In this document: piece by piece, positions 51,365 to 62,857 of the stretch | How the letters are laid out: every line of letters begins with the position of its first letter | Numbering within the stretch: the first letter of the stretch is position 1 | Assembly (NCBI GenBank): GCA_963793425.1 | Contig: CAWCAG010000005.1 | Span: 1-64,000, forward strand | Direction of reading: 5' to 3' | Origin: an uncultured cyanobacterium | GTDB lineage: Bacteria > Cyanobacteriota > Cyanobacteriia > Cyanobacteriales > CAWCAG01 | DNA length: 64,000 nucleotides | Position numbers and translations under genes: made by a program | Notes under the pieces: generated by a model | What the model was told of the DNA's origin: nothing | What the model saw: only the letters and a program-made list of their open reading frames with translations | Database searches by the model: none

Positions 51365-51958
51365 TCACAAAGAGAAGTCCTGGCGTTTTTGAAAGCGAAA
51401 AGGTTCCATCAATGCCCCCCAAGTTGCTTTGCCAGTTTGGGGGTCTATTCCTTTGTCATGAATTTCTAACTCTTTTGGGGTTGCCCTAAAACCAAGGGAA
51501 ATACAATAGGTTTTTCCTTCATAAGTAAAGCTACAAGGGATATCTGTAGGGTTGGTGGCGCTAAATTGGTAGTTAGTGGAGTCGGTTGTTTCTGTCTGTA
51601 CTGTGAGGCGACAACCAGGTAAAAATTCTATTTCTGATGGGGTAATTTTCTTAAGTAACTCAGGATTACTCCCCCCACCCAAAAACTTATTAATATCTTT
51701 TAACATATAGTATTGAACTTCTAGGGTAGGAGAATCGCCATCTTGCCTCAAGCGCAAAATCCGAGGGCGATAGGGCTTATCTGGGTTAAGCATATTAACC
51801 TGCTCAGCAAAAAGAGTAATACTATCTTCAGTAAATAAAGGTACTGGTCTTTTCCAAAGCCGTAAATGAACAAACCAGGCAGGATTGCTTAGGGCTTGTT
51901 GGCGGTTATCAAATTCCCCAGCTAAGTAGCGCCCTAGAGTAGAAAGTTCAGGATTCAT
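51365..51958 (-). CDS. cpcT: CpcT/CpeT-type phycobiliprotein chromophore lyase
   Basis: LAGEFDNRQQA, PAWFVH, PYRPR, LPGC, DKGID...WG..M.PFRF; start at MNPEL. Confidence 0.8.
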   Translation of the reverse strand: MNPELSTLGRYLAGEFDNRQQALSNPAWFVHLRLWKRPVPLFTEDSITLFAEQVNMLNPDKPYRPRILRLRQDGDSPTLEVQYYMLKDINKFLGGGSNPELLKKITPSEIEFLPGCRLTVQTETTDSTNYQFSATNPTDIPCSFTYEGKTYCISLGFRATPKELEIHDKGIDPQTGKATWGALMEPFRFQKRQDFSL

Positions 51959-52100
51959 AGTAATTGAAGAGTTCAGCAAACATCTTTAATTAGAGTACTT
52001 AAGTTGCCAATGATAAATGTTTAATGATAAATGCTTTTCCCCTTGGCAAACGTCTCCATACGCGGGACAATGAGATCATCTTTTCTTTATAACCTGCTTT

Positions 52101-52847
52101 GTGGATAAAGTTCGCACTCTCTCAGATACCAAGCGAAAATTCTATACCATTCATACTCGCCCGATTAACTCTATTTATAGGCGGGTAGTAGAGGAGTTGA
52201 TGGTAGAAATGCATTTACTCTCGGTTAACGTTGACTTTCGTTATAATCCCATTTACGCTCTAGGCGTTGTCACCTCCTTTGACCGTTTTATGGAAGGTTA
52301 TCGACCCCAAAGCGATAAAGAGTCTATTTTTAAAGCTCTTTGTCAAGCAGTGGGGGACAATCCTGAAAACTATAGGCAAGACGCTACAAGTTTGAAAGCT
52401 CTGAGCGACAAAATGTCTGGCGAGGATTTAATAACTTGGCTAGATTCTCCTACCCCCATAGATGGCCTCAATGACATAGATAACCAAGTTCGAGAAGTAG
52501 CCCAAAATTCTCAATTCAAATATAGTCGTCTGTTTGCTATTGGTTTGTATACTCTCCTTGAACAAGGGAACTCAGAATTGCTGAAGGAACAGAAGCAGCG
52601 AGATGAGTTCCTCCAAAAAGTTGGCGAAGCTTTGAATCTTCCTGCTGAAAAAATGCTCAAAGATTTAGATTTATATCGCGGCAACTTAGATAAAATGACC
52701 CAGGTACAAGCTGCTATTGAGGATACCTTGAAAGCAGGTCGCAAACAAAAAGAAAGACGCGCTCAAGAAAAACAAGCGAAAGAAGAAGCCAAAAACCAGG
52801 AAGATTCTTCACCAGAAGAATCTTCTGAGGCTAATGAAGGAGAATAA
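52101..52847 (+). CDS. psb29: Photosystem II biogenesis protein Psb29 (Thf1)
   Basis: RTLSDTKRKF...RPINSIYRRVVEELMVEMHLL, FKYSRLFAIGL, KDLDLYRGNL. Confidence 0.93.
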   Translation: MDKVRTLSDTKRKFYTIHTRPINSIYRRVVEELMVEMHLLSVNVDFRYNPIYALGVVTSFDRFMEGYRPQSDKESIFKALCQAVGDNPENYRQDATSLKALSDKMSGEDLITWLDSPTPIDGLNDIDNQVREVAQNSQFKYSRLFAIGLYTLLEQGNSELLKEQKQRDEFLQKVGEALNLPAEKMLKDLDLYRGNLDKMTQVQAAIEDTLKAGRKQKERRAQEKQAKEEAKNQEDSSPEESSEANEGE

Positions 52848-52857
52848 TTTAAGTCCT

Positions 52858-53175
52858 TTAAAGAAAAGGCTGTAAGCGCTGCATTAACTGCGGTGCTGAC
52901 AAAGCTCCTTCAATGCGCTCTGTGGGTTGGCTACCTTGGAACAAAACCAGAGTAGGTAGGGCGTGGACTTGATATTGGGATGCCAAGCGAGGATATTTCT
53001 CTGTATCAATTTTGACAACTTGCAGGCGACCTTTGAGTTGAGTACTAACTTCTTCTAAAATAGGAGCCATCATCTGACAAGGGCCACACCAAGTTGCATA
53101 AAAATCTACCAATACTGGTACATCGGAACCAGCAAGAAGTTCCTGGAAACTAGAAAACTTTTTTTTGACAGCCAT
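52858..53175 (-). CDS. trxA: Thioredoxin (y-type-like)
   Basis: VLVDFYATWCGPC active site. Confidence 0.9.
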   Translation of the reverse strand: MAVKKKFSSFQELLAGSDVPVLVDFYATWCGPCQMMAPILEEVSTQLKGRLQVVKIDTEKYPRLASQYQVHALPTLVLFQGSQPTERIEGALSAPQLMQRLQPFL

Positions 53176-53207
53176 GGGATTTTAGTTAGTCAGTTATCAA
53201 TTACTAG

Positions 53208-53981
<774 letters not shown>

Positions 53982-53993
53982 GGTGTTTGAAAG

Positions 53994-54091
53994 TAATAGG
54001 TAATAAGTAATAAGTAATAAGTAATAAGTAATAAGTAATAAGTAATAAGTAATAAGTAATAAGTAATAAGTAATAAGTAATAAGTAATAAG
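53994..54091. repeat. Long STRR-type heptamer tandem repeat (TAATAAG)x13 plus one variant
   Basis: 13 perfect copies at 54001-54091 preceded by TAATAGG, directly after fabG. Confidence 0.95.
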
Positions 54092-54100
54092 TTTTAGAAA

Positions 54101-54165
54101 GTAGGGTGGGCAAATACCACAAAGCAATTTCAATTAACCATGCCATTAATTTTGCCCACCATTAC
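54101..54165. repeat. REP-like inverted repeat
   Basis: GTAGGGTGGGCAAA (54101-54114) ... TTTGCCCACCATTAC (54151-54165). Confidence 0.65.
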
Positions 54166-54499
54166 CTAGGAATTTCCGAACATCTTCCAGTAATTTTGTC
54201 TGAAATTTTGCTTGCGATCGCGAAGACATCAAAGAGAAGGGGAGGTTTATTTATGTCACCGAGTCGCTTTTTCGTGATGTGGAACAAAAAGAACTATTCG
54301 GGAGTATTTTTCCGATTTACGAACCCCCTTATCCTTCAAAAAAAACCAAACTCTATCCATCTCCTCAAGGATTTAATTGAGCGCCCGATGGTATTACAGT
54401 TTTTGTAACCGAACAGTTTTTGATGGCAGCAGTAGGTTAACGTAGAAAGACTTTAGTGCCAATACACCAGAAGTTTTCCTACCGCAGTCTTCACAACCC

Positions 54500-57400
54500 A
54501 TGAATAAAAAACTCTCTACTATCTCCCTTGCTTTTTTGGTTTCTTTTGTTACTCCAGTTAATGTTGCTGTAGGGAGTACAGATGCGATAGAGGTTGCTCA
54601 GGAAAGTGATGCAAATACTGAAGATATTCGCGCTGCTGCTGAGGCGCTTTATCAGGAAGGTTTGCAGCTTTATCGGCAGGGGACAGCAGAGTCTTTGACG
54701 AGATGCGATCGCTAAATATAAGGAGTCACTTAAACTTTGGCAGCAGGTAGGAGATAAATCAGAACAAGCCTTATTATTTCTGGCAATAGGTAGCGTCCAT
54801 GATTTATTAGGAGAAAAACAAGAAGCACTCAATTACTACAACCAAGCTTTACCCCTATTTCGTGCTGTAGAAGATAAAAGAGGAGAAGCAGGAATCCTTA
54901 CGGGAATAGGCACTTGTCTACGACTCATTAGGAGAAAAACAACAAGCACTCAATTACTACAACCAAGCTTTACCCCTGTTTCGTTCCGTAGGAGAGAGAA
55001 AAGGGGAAGCAACTACCCTCAACAATCTTGGCACTGTTTACGATGATTTAGGAGAAAAACAACAAGCACTCGACTACTATAACCAAGCTTTACCTCTACG
55101 TCGTTCCGTAGGAGAGAGAAGAGGGGAAGCAACTACCCTCAACAATCTTGGCGCTGTTTATGATGATTTAGGAGAAAAACAACAAGCACTCGACTACTAC
55201 AACCAAGCTTTACCTCTACTTCGTGCTGTAGGAGATAGAAGAGGGGAAGCAGGAATCCTCAACAATATTGGTTTGGTCTATCAATTATTAGGAAAAAAAC
55301 AACAAGCACTAAGTTACCTTAATCAAGCTTTACCCCTACGTCGTACCGTAGGAGATAGAAGAGGGGAAGCAACTACTCTCAACAATCTTGGCGCTGTTTA
55401 CGATAATTTAGGAGAAAAACAACAAGCACTTAACTACTACAACCAAGCTTTACCTCTACGTCGTTCCGTAGGAGATAGAGCGGGAGAAGCAAATACTCTC
55501 AACAATATTGGTTTGGTATATCAATTATTAGGAAAAAAAGAAGAAGCACTAAGTTACCTTAATCAAGCTTTACCTCTACTTCGTGCTGTAGGAGACAGAG
55601 GAGGAGAAGCAACTACTCTCAACAACATTGGTGGTGTCTCTTCTTCATTAGGAAACAAACAACAAGCACTCAAATACTACAACCAAGCTTTACCCCTACT
55701 TCGTGCCGTAGGAGACAGAGTCGGAGAAGCAACTACTCTCAACAATATTGGTGCTGTCTACGACTCATTAGGAAACAAACAACAAGCACTCAAATACTAC
55801 CACCAAGCTTTACCCCTAATTCGTGCTGTAGGAGACAGAGGAGGAGAAGCAACTACTCTCAATAATATTGGTGCTGTCTACAATGATTTAGGAGACAAAC
55901 AACAAGCACTCAACTACTACCACCAAGCTTTACCCCTAATTCGTGCTGTAGGAGACAGAGGAGGAGAAGCAGCTACCCTCAACAATATCGCTCGACTCCA
56001 ATATGACCAAGGCAATCTCCTAGCTGCCTCCCAAACAATGGAACAAGCCATCGAAAAAATAGAATTTCTCCGCAACCAAATCCTCAACCCCCAACTACAA
56101 ACCTCCTTCTACCAAACCATCGAACAATACTACGACTTCCACATCAGATTGCTAATGGAGTTGCACCAACAAAACCCCACTCAACAATACGATGCCCAAG
56201 CACTCCATTACAGCGAAAGAGTCCGCGCCCGACAACTCCTCACTGAACTCCAAGAAGCTAATGTAGACATTCGCCAAGGTATAGATGCAGAACTTTTAGC
56301 AGAAGAAAAACAACTCAATCAACAACTTGCTGCCGCTTTTGAAAACCAAGGCAAACTGCAAAGGAGTGATAATGCTAGCACTCCAGAAAAAGATGTCGTC
56401 AATGAACAAATCAACGAACTCCTCACCCGAATTGACCAAGTAGAAGCCACCATTCGCCTGAAAAGCCCTAACTACGCTGCCATCAATCAACCTACTAAGT
56501 TCACACTACAAACCGCAGAAATTCAACAACTTCTAGACGATGACACCATCTTATTAGAATATTACCTCAGCGAAAAACAAAGTTATCTTTGGGTAGTCAG
56601 TAAAAACAAAGTTACTAGTTATGAACTTCCTCCCCAAGCAGAAATTGACCAACTAGCCCAACAATTCCGCAACGACATCGCTAACGAAAACATCAACAAC
56701 CCAGAAATTGCCCAACAACTCAGCCAAATGATTCTTGCCCCCGCAGCCCCAGAATTAGGCAATAAACGCCTTTTAATCGTCGGCGACAGCACATTACAAA
56801 GCATTCCCTTTGCTGCCCTGCCCACCTCCGTTCCCCCCTTCCCAAGGGGGGCCAGGGGGGATACACCTCTACTCGCCAACCACGAAATCATCACTCTCCC
56901 CTCCGCCTCTAGCCTAGCTGCCTTAAGAAAACAGGTTAAAAACCGTCCCCTTGCCCCCAAAAAACTAGCTGTCCTGGCAGATCCGGTTTATGAACGAGAA
57001 GGGGAGGAAGAATCTCAAAATCCTAGAGAAGGTTTAACTAGACAGGCCCTAGAATCATGTTTAGACTTAGCCCAACTACAATACACCCGCGCAGAAGCAG
57101 AAAATATCCTTGCCCTTGTCCCAGAAAACCAAAGCTTTGCAGCGTTAGGTTATGAAGCTTCCCTAGCTACGGCAACTAGTCCTCAACTTGCCAACTACCA
57201 AACCGTCCACTTTTCTACCCACGGTTGCCTCAACAAAAATCAGCCTCAACTTTCTGGTTTAGCTTTATCCGCCTACAACTCCCAAGGAAAATTTCAAGAC
57301 CCTTTACTGCGTTTAAACGATATTTACAACCTCAATTTGCCAGCAGAATTAGTGGTATTAAGTGCCTGCGAAACAGGTTTAGGACAAGAGTTAGCCGGAG

Positions 57401-57645
57401 AAGGATTAGTAAGTTTAACCAGAGGATTTATGTATGCGGGGGCAAAGCGAGTGGTAGTCAGTTTTTGGGCGGTGCAAGACTTTTCTACTTCTAAATTAAT
57501 GAGCAAGTTTTATGAAAAAATGTATCAAGATAACCTTAAACCTGCTGCGGCTTTAAGAGAGGCACAGTTAGAAATGTGGCGAAGTGAAGGAAATGAAAAT
57601 GACCCCTATCACTGGGCTGCTTTCACTGTGCAAGGAGAATGGTGA
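54500..57645 (+). pseudogene. Secreted TPR-CHAT domain protein interrupted by two +1 frameshifts (pseudogene or sequencing errors)
   Basis: Signal peptide MNKKLSTISLAFL..., QGTAESL; extra A at ~54698 then RDAIAKYKESLKLWQQVGDK; extra T at ~54915 then the frame of the 55273-57645 ORF; 40-aa TPR repeats; CHAT dyad HFSTHG / LSAC; PYHWAAF..QGEW. Confidence 0.8.
54807..55990 (+). repeat. Ten tandem 120-bp coding repeats (40-aa TPR units)
   Basis: TTAGGA-initiated units at 54807, 54928, 55048, 55168, 55288, 55408, 55528, 55648, 55768 and 55888 with high nucleotide identity. Confidence 0.9.
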
Positions 57646-57654
57646 TTTCATTGA

Positions 57655-57729
57655 ACATTAAACATTGTTCGGCTTGCCGTTGCCGTTAGGCTACATTAAA
57701 CATTATTCGGCTTGCCGTTGCCGTTAGGC
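57655..57729. repeat. 37-bp direct repeat x2 (period 38)
   Basis: acattaaacattRttcggcttgccgttgccgttaggc at 57655-57691 and 57693-57729; related copies at ~57740-57763 and ~30204-30227. Confidence 0.8.
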
Positions 57730-57923
57730 ATCACTGTAGGGCTTGCCCTTGTCGTAGACATCATTGATTACTGCGTAAGTCCTGAAAATGTTAAATTAAT
57801 TCTCTTAATCTAATCCCTTTCTCCCATCTCCTCTACCGTAGGTAACAATAATTGTTCAAATTCAGGTTATTAGCCCTTACTTCAAGAAAGAAAGAATATA
57901 CTTGAAAAGTCGGTGGGTTTAAA

Positions 57924-60900
57924 ATGAACGCGGGAGAGTTACACATGAAACCAGGAAGAGTCTGGCTTGGCTGCTTATCTGGAATTATTTCTACCGCTGG
58001 AGGAATATCTCTAAGCCTATCTTCACCTGGCTTAGCCCAGCCCATTTCCCCCGCCGCAGATGGTACAGGAACAGTAGTTAATAATAATGGCAACCAATTC
58101 GACATTCAAGGTGGCTCTCTATCTGGAGATGGAAGTAACTTATTCCATAGTTTCCAGAAATTTGGTTTAAATGCAAATCAAGTTGCTAACTTTCTCAATT
58201 CTCCCAATGCTGTCAATATACTAGGCAGAATTGTTGGCGGAGATCCTTCGGTTATTAATGGTTTAATTCAAATTACAGGGGGCAACGCCAACCTCTATTT
58301 AATTAACCCGGCAGGCATAGTTTTCGGGACAGATTCCCAGCTTAATATTAATGGTGATTTTTTCGCAACAACGGCCACAGGTATTGGTTTTGGTAGCGAT
58401 AGTTGGTTTGAAGCTTTTGGTAGCAACGATTATACAAGTTTAGTTGGCAACCCCACTCAGTTTGCTTTCGATTTTGCTGAAAACGGGGCTATTGTTAATG
58501 CTGGAGATTTGACAGTAGAAACAGGGCAAAGTGTTACCTTGCTGGGGGGAAATGTCGTTAATACTGGTAGCATCACTGCACCGGAAGGAACAATCAACAT
58601 TACAGCGATTCCTGGCAGTAGCAAAGTAAGAATCTCTCAACCAGGGCAGTTACTCGCCATCGAAATTGAACCACCTAGAGACACTCAAGGGAAAGCACTC
58701 CCCATTTCAGCCCTTGATTTACCAACTCTACTTACTGGTGTAGGGGTGGAAACAGGGTTGAGGGTGAACAATGATGGTGAGGTGAGGCTACAAAATAATA
58801 ACACTGTCTTACCCAATGATACGGGAACCACCATAGTTTCGGGCTTCCTCAACACAGCATCAGATAATTCTGGGGGACAGATTTTAGTATTCGGCGATCG
58901 CGTCGGAATTATACAAGGCAACTTGAATGCGTCGGGTGCAAACGGTGGTGGTACAGTGTTAATTGGTGGGGATTATAAAGGAGAAGGACTTGTTCCCAAT
59001 GCTGATGTAACTTATATTAGTTCAGATTCCATCATCAATGCCGATGCAACGGCTGCTGGAGATGGTGGTAGGGTGATTGCTTGGTCAGAACAAACTAGCC
59101 GTATTTATGGCACAATAAGCGCTCGTGGGGGCGTTGATGGGGGCGATGGTGGGTTTGTAGAAACTAGCAGCCGTGAGTTTTTGGATGTTAAAGGTTCTCC
59201 TGATGTTTCTGCTGTTGCAGGGAAGGGAGGAACTTGGTTAATAGATCCGTACAATATTGATATTGTTGCTGGGGCTGATGATACTTCTATAGGTTTTGGT
59301 GGTACGCCCATTAATACACCTTTTAATGCAAGTAGTAATAATTCTCGGTTAGCTGTAGGGGATTTAATAGCCGCATTGCAAGGGGGCAACAGTGTACTGG
59401 TTACTACAGGAACAACCGGTACGCAAGAAGGTAACATCACGCTCAACACTGATTTTGATTTTAATGGCATCGGCAACGGGACTTTAACTTTAGAAGCCGC
59501 AGGAGACATTTTAATTGGCAATAGTGGTCGCATTTTTGATGGTGATGCTAGTAATGATTCCCTCAATTTATTTTTAACTGCCAACACAGCAAATAACCAA
59601 CGTGACAACATTACTGTCTTAGGTTCTATCGCTACTGGAGGGGGAAATATTGACTTTAGAGTAAGGAACAATCGTGGTTCTGCTATTAGAATTGGAGCTT
59701 CCGGTTCTATTGATTCTGGAGGGGGAGACATTGACTTTGATGGTAATAGTCGTTTTGGTCAAGGTGTTGCTATTCAAGGCACAGTAGCTTCAGGAGGAGG
59801 AGATATAACTCTTTTGGGGGCGAGTGAGAATAACGATGCTGTTTTACTCGGAGGTCAAGTTAACTCAGCAGGGGGTGATATCAATGTTATTGGCGATGGT
59901 GATACCGGTCTTGAGAGCAATGGCATTCAAATTGATGGTTCTTTAGATGCCGGCAGCGGTTCCCTTAATCTTACTGGGAATAGTACGAATAGTCAGGGCA
60001 TTTTAGTTAGAGATAATGTGCTGTTGAATGGTAGGAATATTTCTTTGACAGGAACCAGCAATGCAGCCCCAGGAATAAGTTTAGGGAATGCCTTAACTCC
60101 TGCTGACATTATCAACATCAACTCTTCCGGTGGTCAAATCAGCTTCAATGGTACTAGCAATGCTGCTGCTGGTATTGTCATAACAGAACAGCAAGTCAAC
60201 ATTAACCCAGGTGGCGGGCAAGTTAATTTTAATGGCACAGGCAATCCTTCTCAAGGAGGGGTTTTAATCGAGAGTGTACTTAACTTTGTCAATGGCAAAG
60301 CAAACTTAACTGGAAGTACTCCTGGTATGGGTAGCGAGGTGGTGTTGAGTGGTACTATCGACACAGGTGATGCAGAAGTTACCTTAACAGGAGATAACCT
60401 TAACCTCGATCCTGGTGTAGGAACTCCGGCAATTACAGGTAACGGTACGCTTGTTTTACAACCCATTGACGCTACCCTTAACTTAGGGCTTGGTGGTACA
60501 GGGGCAGCAAATGCAACCTTCCTGAATAGTAGCGAATTAAGCAAAATTGGTAGTAGTTTAACTGACATCTTCATTGGTAGAGTTGATAGCAGTGGCGCTA
60601 TTTCTTTGTTAAGCGATGTGGATTTTAATTCCCCTATTACCTTGCGATCTACTTCTGGTGCAGGTTCCATTAATGCTACGGTCGGTATTCTACGGAGCAA
60701 CGGTAACCGCATCACCTTAGAGGCTGCTCAAACTATTGCTACGGGGGACTTAATCACCTCTATTGCCGGAAGAGATGGCGGTGAAGTAATTTTGAAAGCA
60801 GGGGATGCTATAACCACAGGTAATATTGATACAAGCAGCGATATTGGCAGAGGGGGCAAAGTTACTATCAACAGTCCCGATGCAATTACGGTTGGCTCTA

Positions 60901-62741
60901 TCAACACTCAAGGAAGTATGATTGGTGGAGAAATAGACATCACAACACAACAGTTTTTCCGTGCTATAGATAATTTTAGCGATCGCAACAACATCAATGC
61001 TAGCCTTTCCAGCGCCGGAGGCTCAGGTGGTAAAATTGTCATCCGCCACGGTGGGGCAGTTTCGAGTACTCCTTTTATTGTCGGTGATGCTTCTGTTAAT
61101 GGTACGCAAGCCACTATTACTAGTGGTGCTTCAAGCATCATCCCTGTGCAATCCTTTGCTACTGACTATATTCAAGGGAATGTCGAAATACTCAACGGCA
61201 TTGCTCCCACACCAACTCCAACTCCAACCCCAACACCAACCCCAACTCCAACCCCAACACCAACCCCAACGCCAACGCCAACACCAACACCAACACCAAC
61301 ACCAACGCCAACACCAACACCAACGCCAACACCAACGCCAACTCCCACCATTCCCCCAGACAATAACTCCGTTGATCCGACGATCAACAGCCTCAATACT
61401 CTTGATCCCCCGGTAGAAGCGACTGAAATTCAACCTCCAGAACAAACATCATCTCTTTCTGTAGAAACTCAAATACCACAGTTAGAAATTGACTTAGCTG
61501 TCTCACAGCTAGAACAAACCTTGACAAATAGCTACGAAAAATATTTTAACATCACCAGTAGCAAAAATTTTAGTTTAGAACAGGCTCAGTCAACCCTCAG
61601 AGGCATTGAACAAGCAACAGGAAGAAAACCTGCTTTAATCTATGTTGTTTTCTCCTCAACCGCAGAGAGTTTAGCGACAAAAGCCCAGTCAAAATCCTTA
61701 TCTAAACAACAAGAACAATTAGAACTAATCCTAGTTACCTCTTCAGGGTCACCCATCCGTAAAACAATACCAGGTGCAGTGCGTTCTTTCGTTCTAAGTA
61801 GAGTAAATCAGTTACAGCGCGAAGTTACTACCCCCAGCCGTAGTGACGCTTATAAAGGGTCAGGAAAGCTATTTTATGAATGGTTCATTACTTCTTTAGA
61901 AACAGAATTACAAAGTAAAGGAATTGATAACTTAGTATTTATTTTAGATGAAGGATTGCGCTCTATTCCCTTAGCTACTCTCAATGATGGCGAAAAGTTC
62001 CTCATTGAAGAATATAGTGTCGGTTTGATGCCTAGCTTAAGCCTTACAGATACTAACTATGTTGACATCAGAAATATGCAAGTAGTTGCTCTGGGGGCAG
62101 GCTCTTTTCAAAAACGCCAATCCCTACCTGCTGTCCCCTTAGAATTATCCCTGATTACTCAACAAATTTGGTCAGGTAATTCTTATCTTAATGAAGGGTT
62201 TACCCTGAAAAAACTTAAATCAGCCCGTTCTGCCAAACCTTTTGGTATTGTTCACCTTGCTACCCACGGAGAATTTCGGGCGGGCAAACCGGAAAACTCT
62301 TACCTCCAACTTTGGGATAATAAGCTGCCTTTGAATGCAATCAGTAAGCTTGGTTGGAACAATCCCCCGGTAGAATTGCTAGTGCTTTCGGCTTGTCGTA
62401 CAGCCTTGGGAGATACTGAAGCTGAGTTGGGTTTCACTGGCTTAGCTGTTCAAGCTGGAGTAAAATCTGCTGTAGGGAGTCTTTGGGCTGTTAGTGATGA
62501 AGGGGCATTAGCTTTAATGACTCGCTTTTATGAGCATCTGAAGAAAGTACCCATCAAATCTGAAGCGATGCAAAAAGCCCAGCTAGATATGATTCAGGGT
62601 AAGGTATATATCAAAGATGGTAAACTCATTACCCCAGAAAGGGAAATAGCTTTACCAGAAGAGTTAGCTAGGTTGGGAAACCAGGATTTGACACATCCCT
62701 ATTATTGGAGTGCTTTTACTATGGTAGGGAATCCTTGGTAG
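57924..62741 (+). CDS. Filamentous haemagglutinin (TPS secretion domain) protein with Pro-Thr linker and C-terminal CHAT domain
   Basis: Signal peptide ending [26 protein letters not shown] and WLIDP TPS motifs; Gly/Asn-rich beta-helix repeats; CHAT HLATHG / [19 protein letters not shown]; start may be 57945. Confidence 0.9.
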   Translation: MNAGELHMKPGRVWLGCLSGIISTAGGISLSLSSPGLAQPISPAADGTGTVVNNNGNQFDIQGGSLSGDGSNLFHSFQKFGLNANQVANFLNSPNAVNILGRIVGGDPSVINGLIQITGGNANLYLINPAGIVFGTDSQLNINGDFFATTATGIGFGSDSWFEAFGSNDYTSLVGNPTQFAFDFAENGAIVNAGDLTVETGQSVTLLGGNVVNTGSITAPEGTINITAIPGSSKVRISQPGQLLAIEIEPPRDTQGKALPISALDLPTLLTGVGVETGLRVNNDGEVRLQNNNTVLPNDTGTTIVSGFLNTASDNSGGQILVFGDRVGIIQGNLNASGANGGGTVLIGGDYKGEGLVPNADVTYISSDSIINADATAAGDGGRVIAWSEQTSRIYGTISARGGVDGGDGGFVETSSREFLDVKGSPDVSAVAGKGGTWLIDPYNIDIVAGADDTSIGFGGTPINTPFNASSNNSRLAVGDLIAALQGGNSVLVTTGTTGTQEGNITLNTDFDFNGIGNGTLTLEAAGDILIGNSGRIFDGDASNDSLNLFLTANTANNQRDNITVLGSIATGGGNIDFRVRNNRGSAIRIGASGSIDSGGGDIDFDGNSRFGQGVAIQGTVASGGGDITLLGASENNDAVLLGGQVNSAGGDINVIGDGDTGLESNGIQIDGSLDAGSGSLNLTGNSTNSQGILVRDNVLLNGRNISLTGTSNAAPGISLGNALTPADIININSSGGQISFNGTSNAAAGIVITEQQVNINPGGGQVNFNGTGNPSQGGVLIESVLNFVNGKANLTGSTPGMGSEVVLSGTIDTGDAEVTLTGDNLNLDPGVGTPAITGNGTLVLQPIDATLNLGLGGTGAANATFLNSSELSKIGSSLTDIFIGRVDSSGAISLLSDVDFNSPITLRSTSGAGSINATVGILRSNGNRITLEAAQTIATGDLITSIAGRDGGEVILKAGDAITTGNIDTSSDIGRGGKVTINSPDAITVGSINTQGSMIGGEIDITTQQFFRAIDNFSDRNNINASLSSAGGSGGKIVIRHGGAVSSTPFIVGDASVNGTQATITSGASSIIPVQSFATDYIQGNVEILNGIAPTPTPTPTPTPTPTPTPTPTPTPTPTPTPTPTPTPTPTPTPTPTPTPTIPPDNNSVDPTINSLNTLDPPVEATEIQPPEQTSSLSVETQIPQLEIDLAVSQLEQTLTNSYEKYFNITSSKNFSLEQAQSTLRGIEQATGRKPALIYVVFSSTAESLATKAQSKSLSKQQEQLELILVTSSGSPIRKTIPGAVRSFVLSRVNQLQREVTTPSRSDAYKGSGKLFYEWFITSLETELQSKGIDNLVFILDEGLRSIPLATLNDGEKFLIEEYSVGLMPSLSLTDTNYVDIRNMQVVALGAGSFQKRQSLPAVPLELSLITQQIWSGNSYLNEGFTLKKLKSARSAKPFGIVHLATHGEFRAGKPENSYLQLWDNKLPLNAISKLGWNNPPVELLVLSACRTALGDTEAELGFTGLAVQAGVKSAVGSLWAVSDEGALALMTRFYEHLKKVPIKSEAMQKAQLDMIQGKVYIKDGKLITPEREIALPEELARLGNQDLTHPYYWSAFTMVGNPW
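61206..61349 (+). repeat. Coding hexanucleotide repeat encoding (Pro-Thr)x24 linker
   Basis: CCN-ACN units over 144 bp. Confidence 0.95.
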
Positions 62742-62857
62742 AACTATTTCTTGTTTAATAAACATCCCCGAAAATAGCCAAAGCCATACTATAGTCAGTT
62801 TTCAGCTAGCATTATCCTAATGCCAAGATAGTTTTTTTAATTTCTGTTTTTTACTTT

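Noticed and set aside
54106..54408. 100-aa plus-strand ORF
   Set aside because: It starts inside a REP-like repeat and has no recognisable motifs; probably spurious.
54807..55990. Variable near-identical repeats as a diversity-generating retroelement TR/VR pair
   Set aside because: No reverse transcriptase in the window, differences are not adenine-specific, and these are tandem coding repeats.
57655..57763. 37-bp repeats as a possible mini-CRISPR array
   Set aside because: The repeats are separated by 1 bp, there are no unique spacers, and no cas genes are present.
59105..59731. 208-aa antisense ORF and other short ORFs nested in long genes
   Set aside because: Antisense shadows of well-supported genes, with no independent coding signal.
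60997..61445. Alternative-frame ORFs with (QH)n, (WC)n and (GV)n repeats
   Set aside because: Shadows of the Pro-Thr linker in the FHA-CHAT gene.
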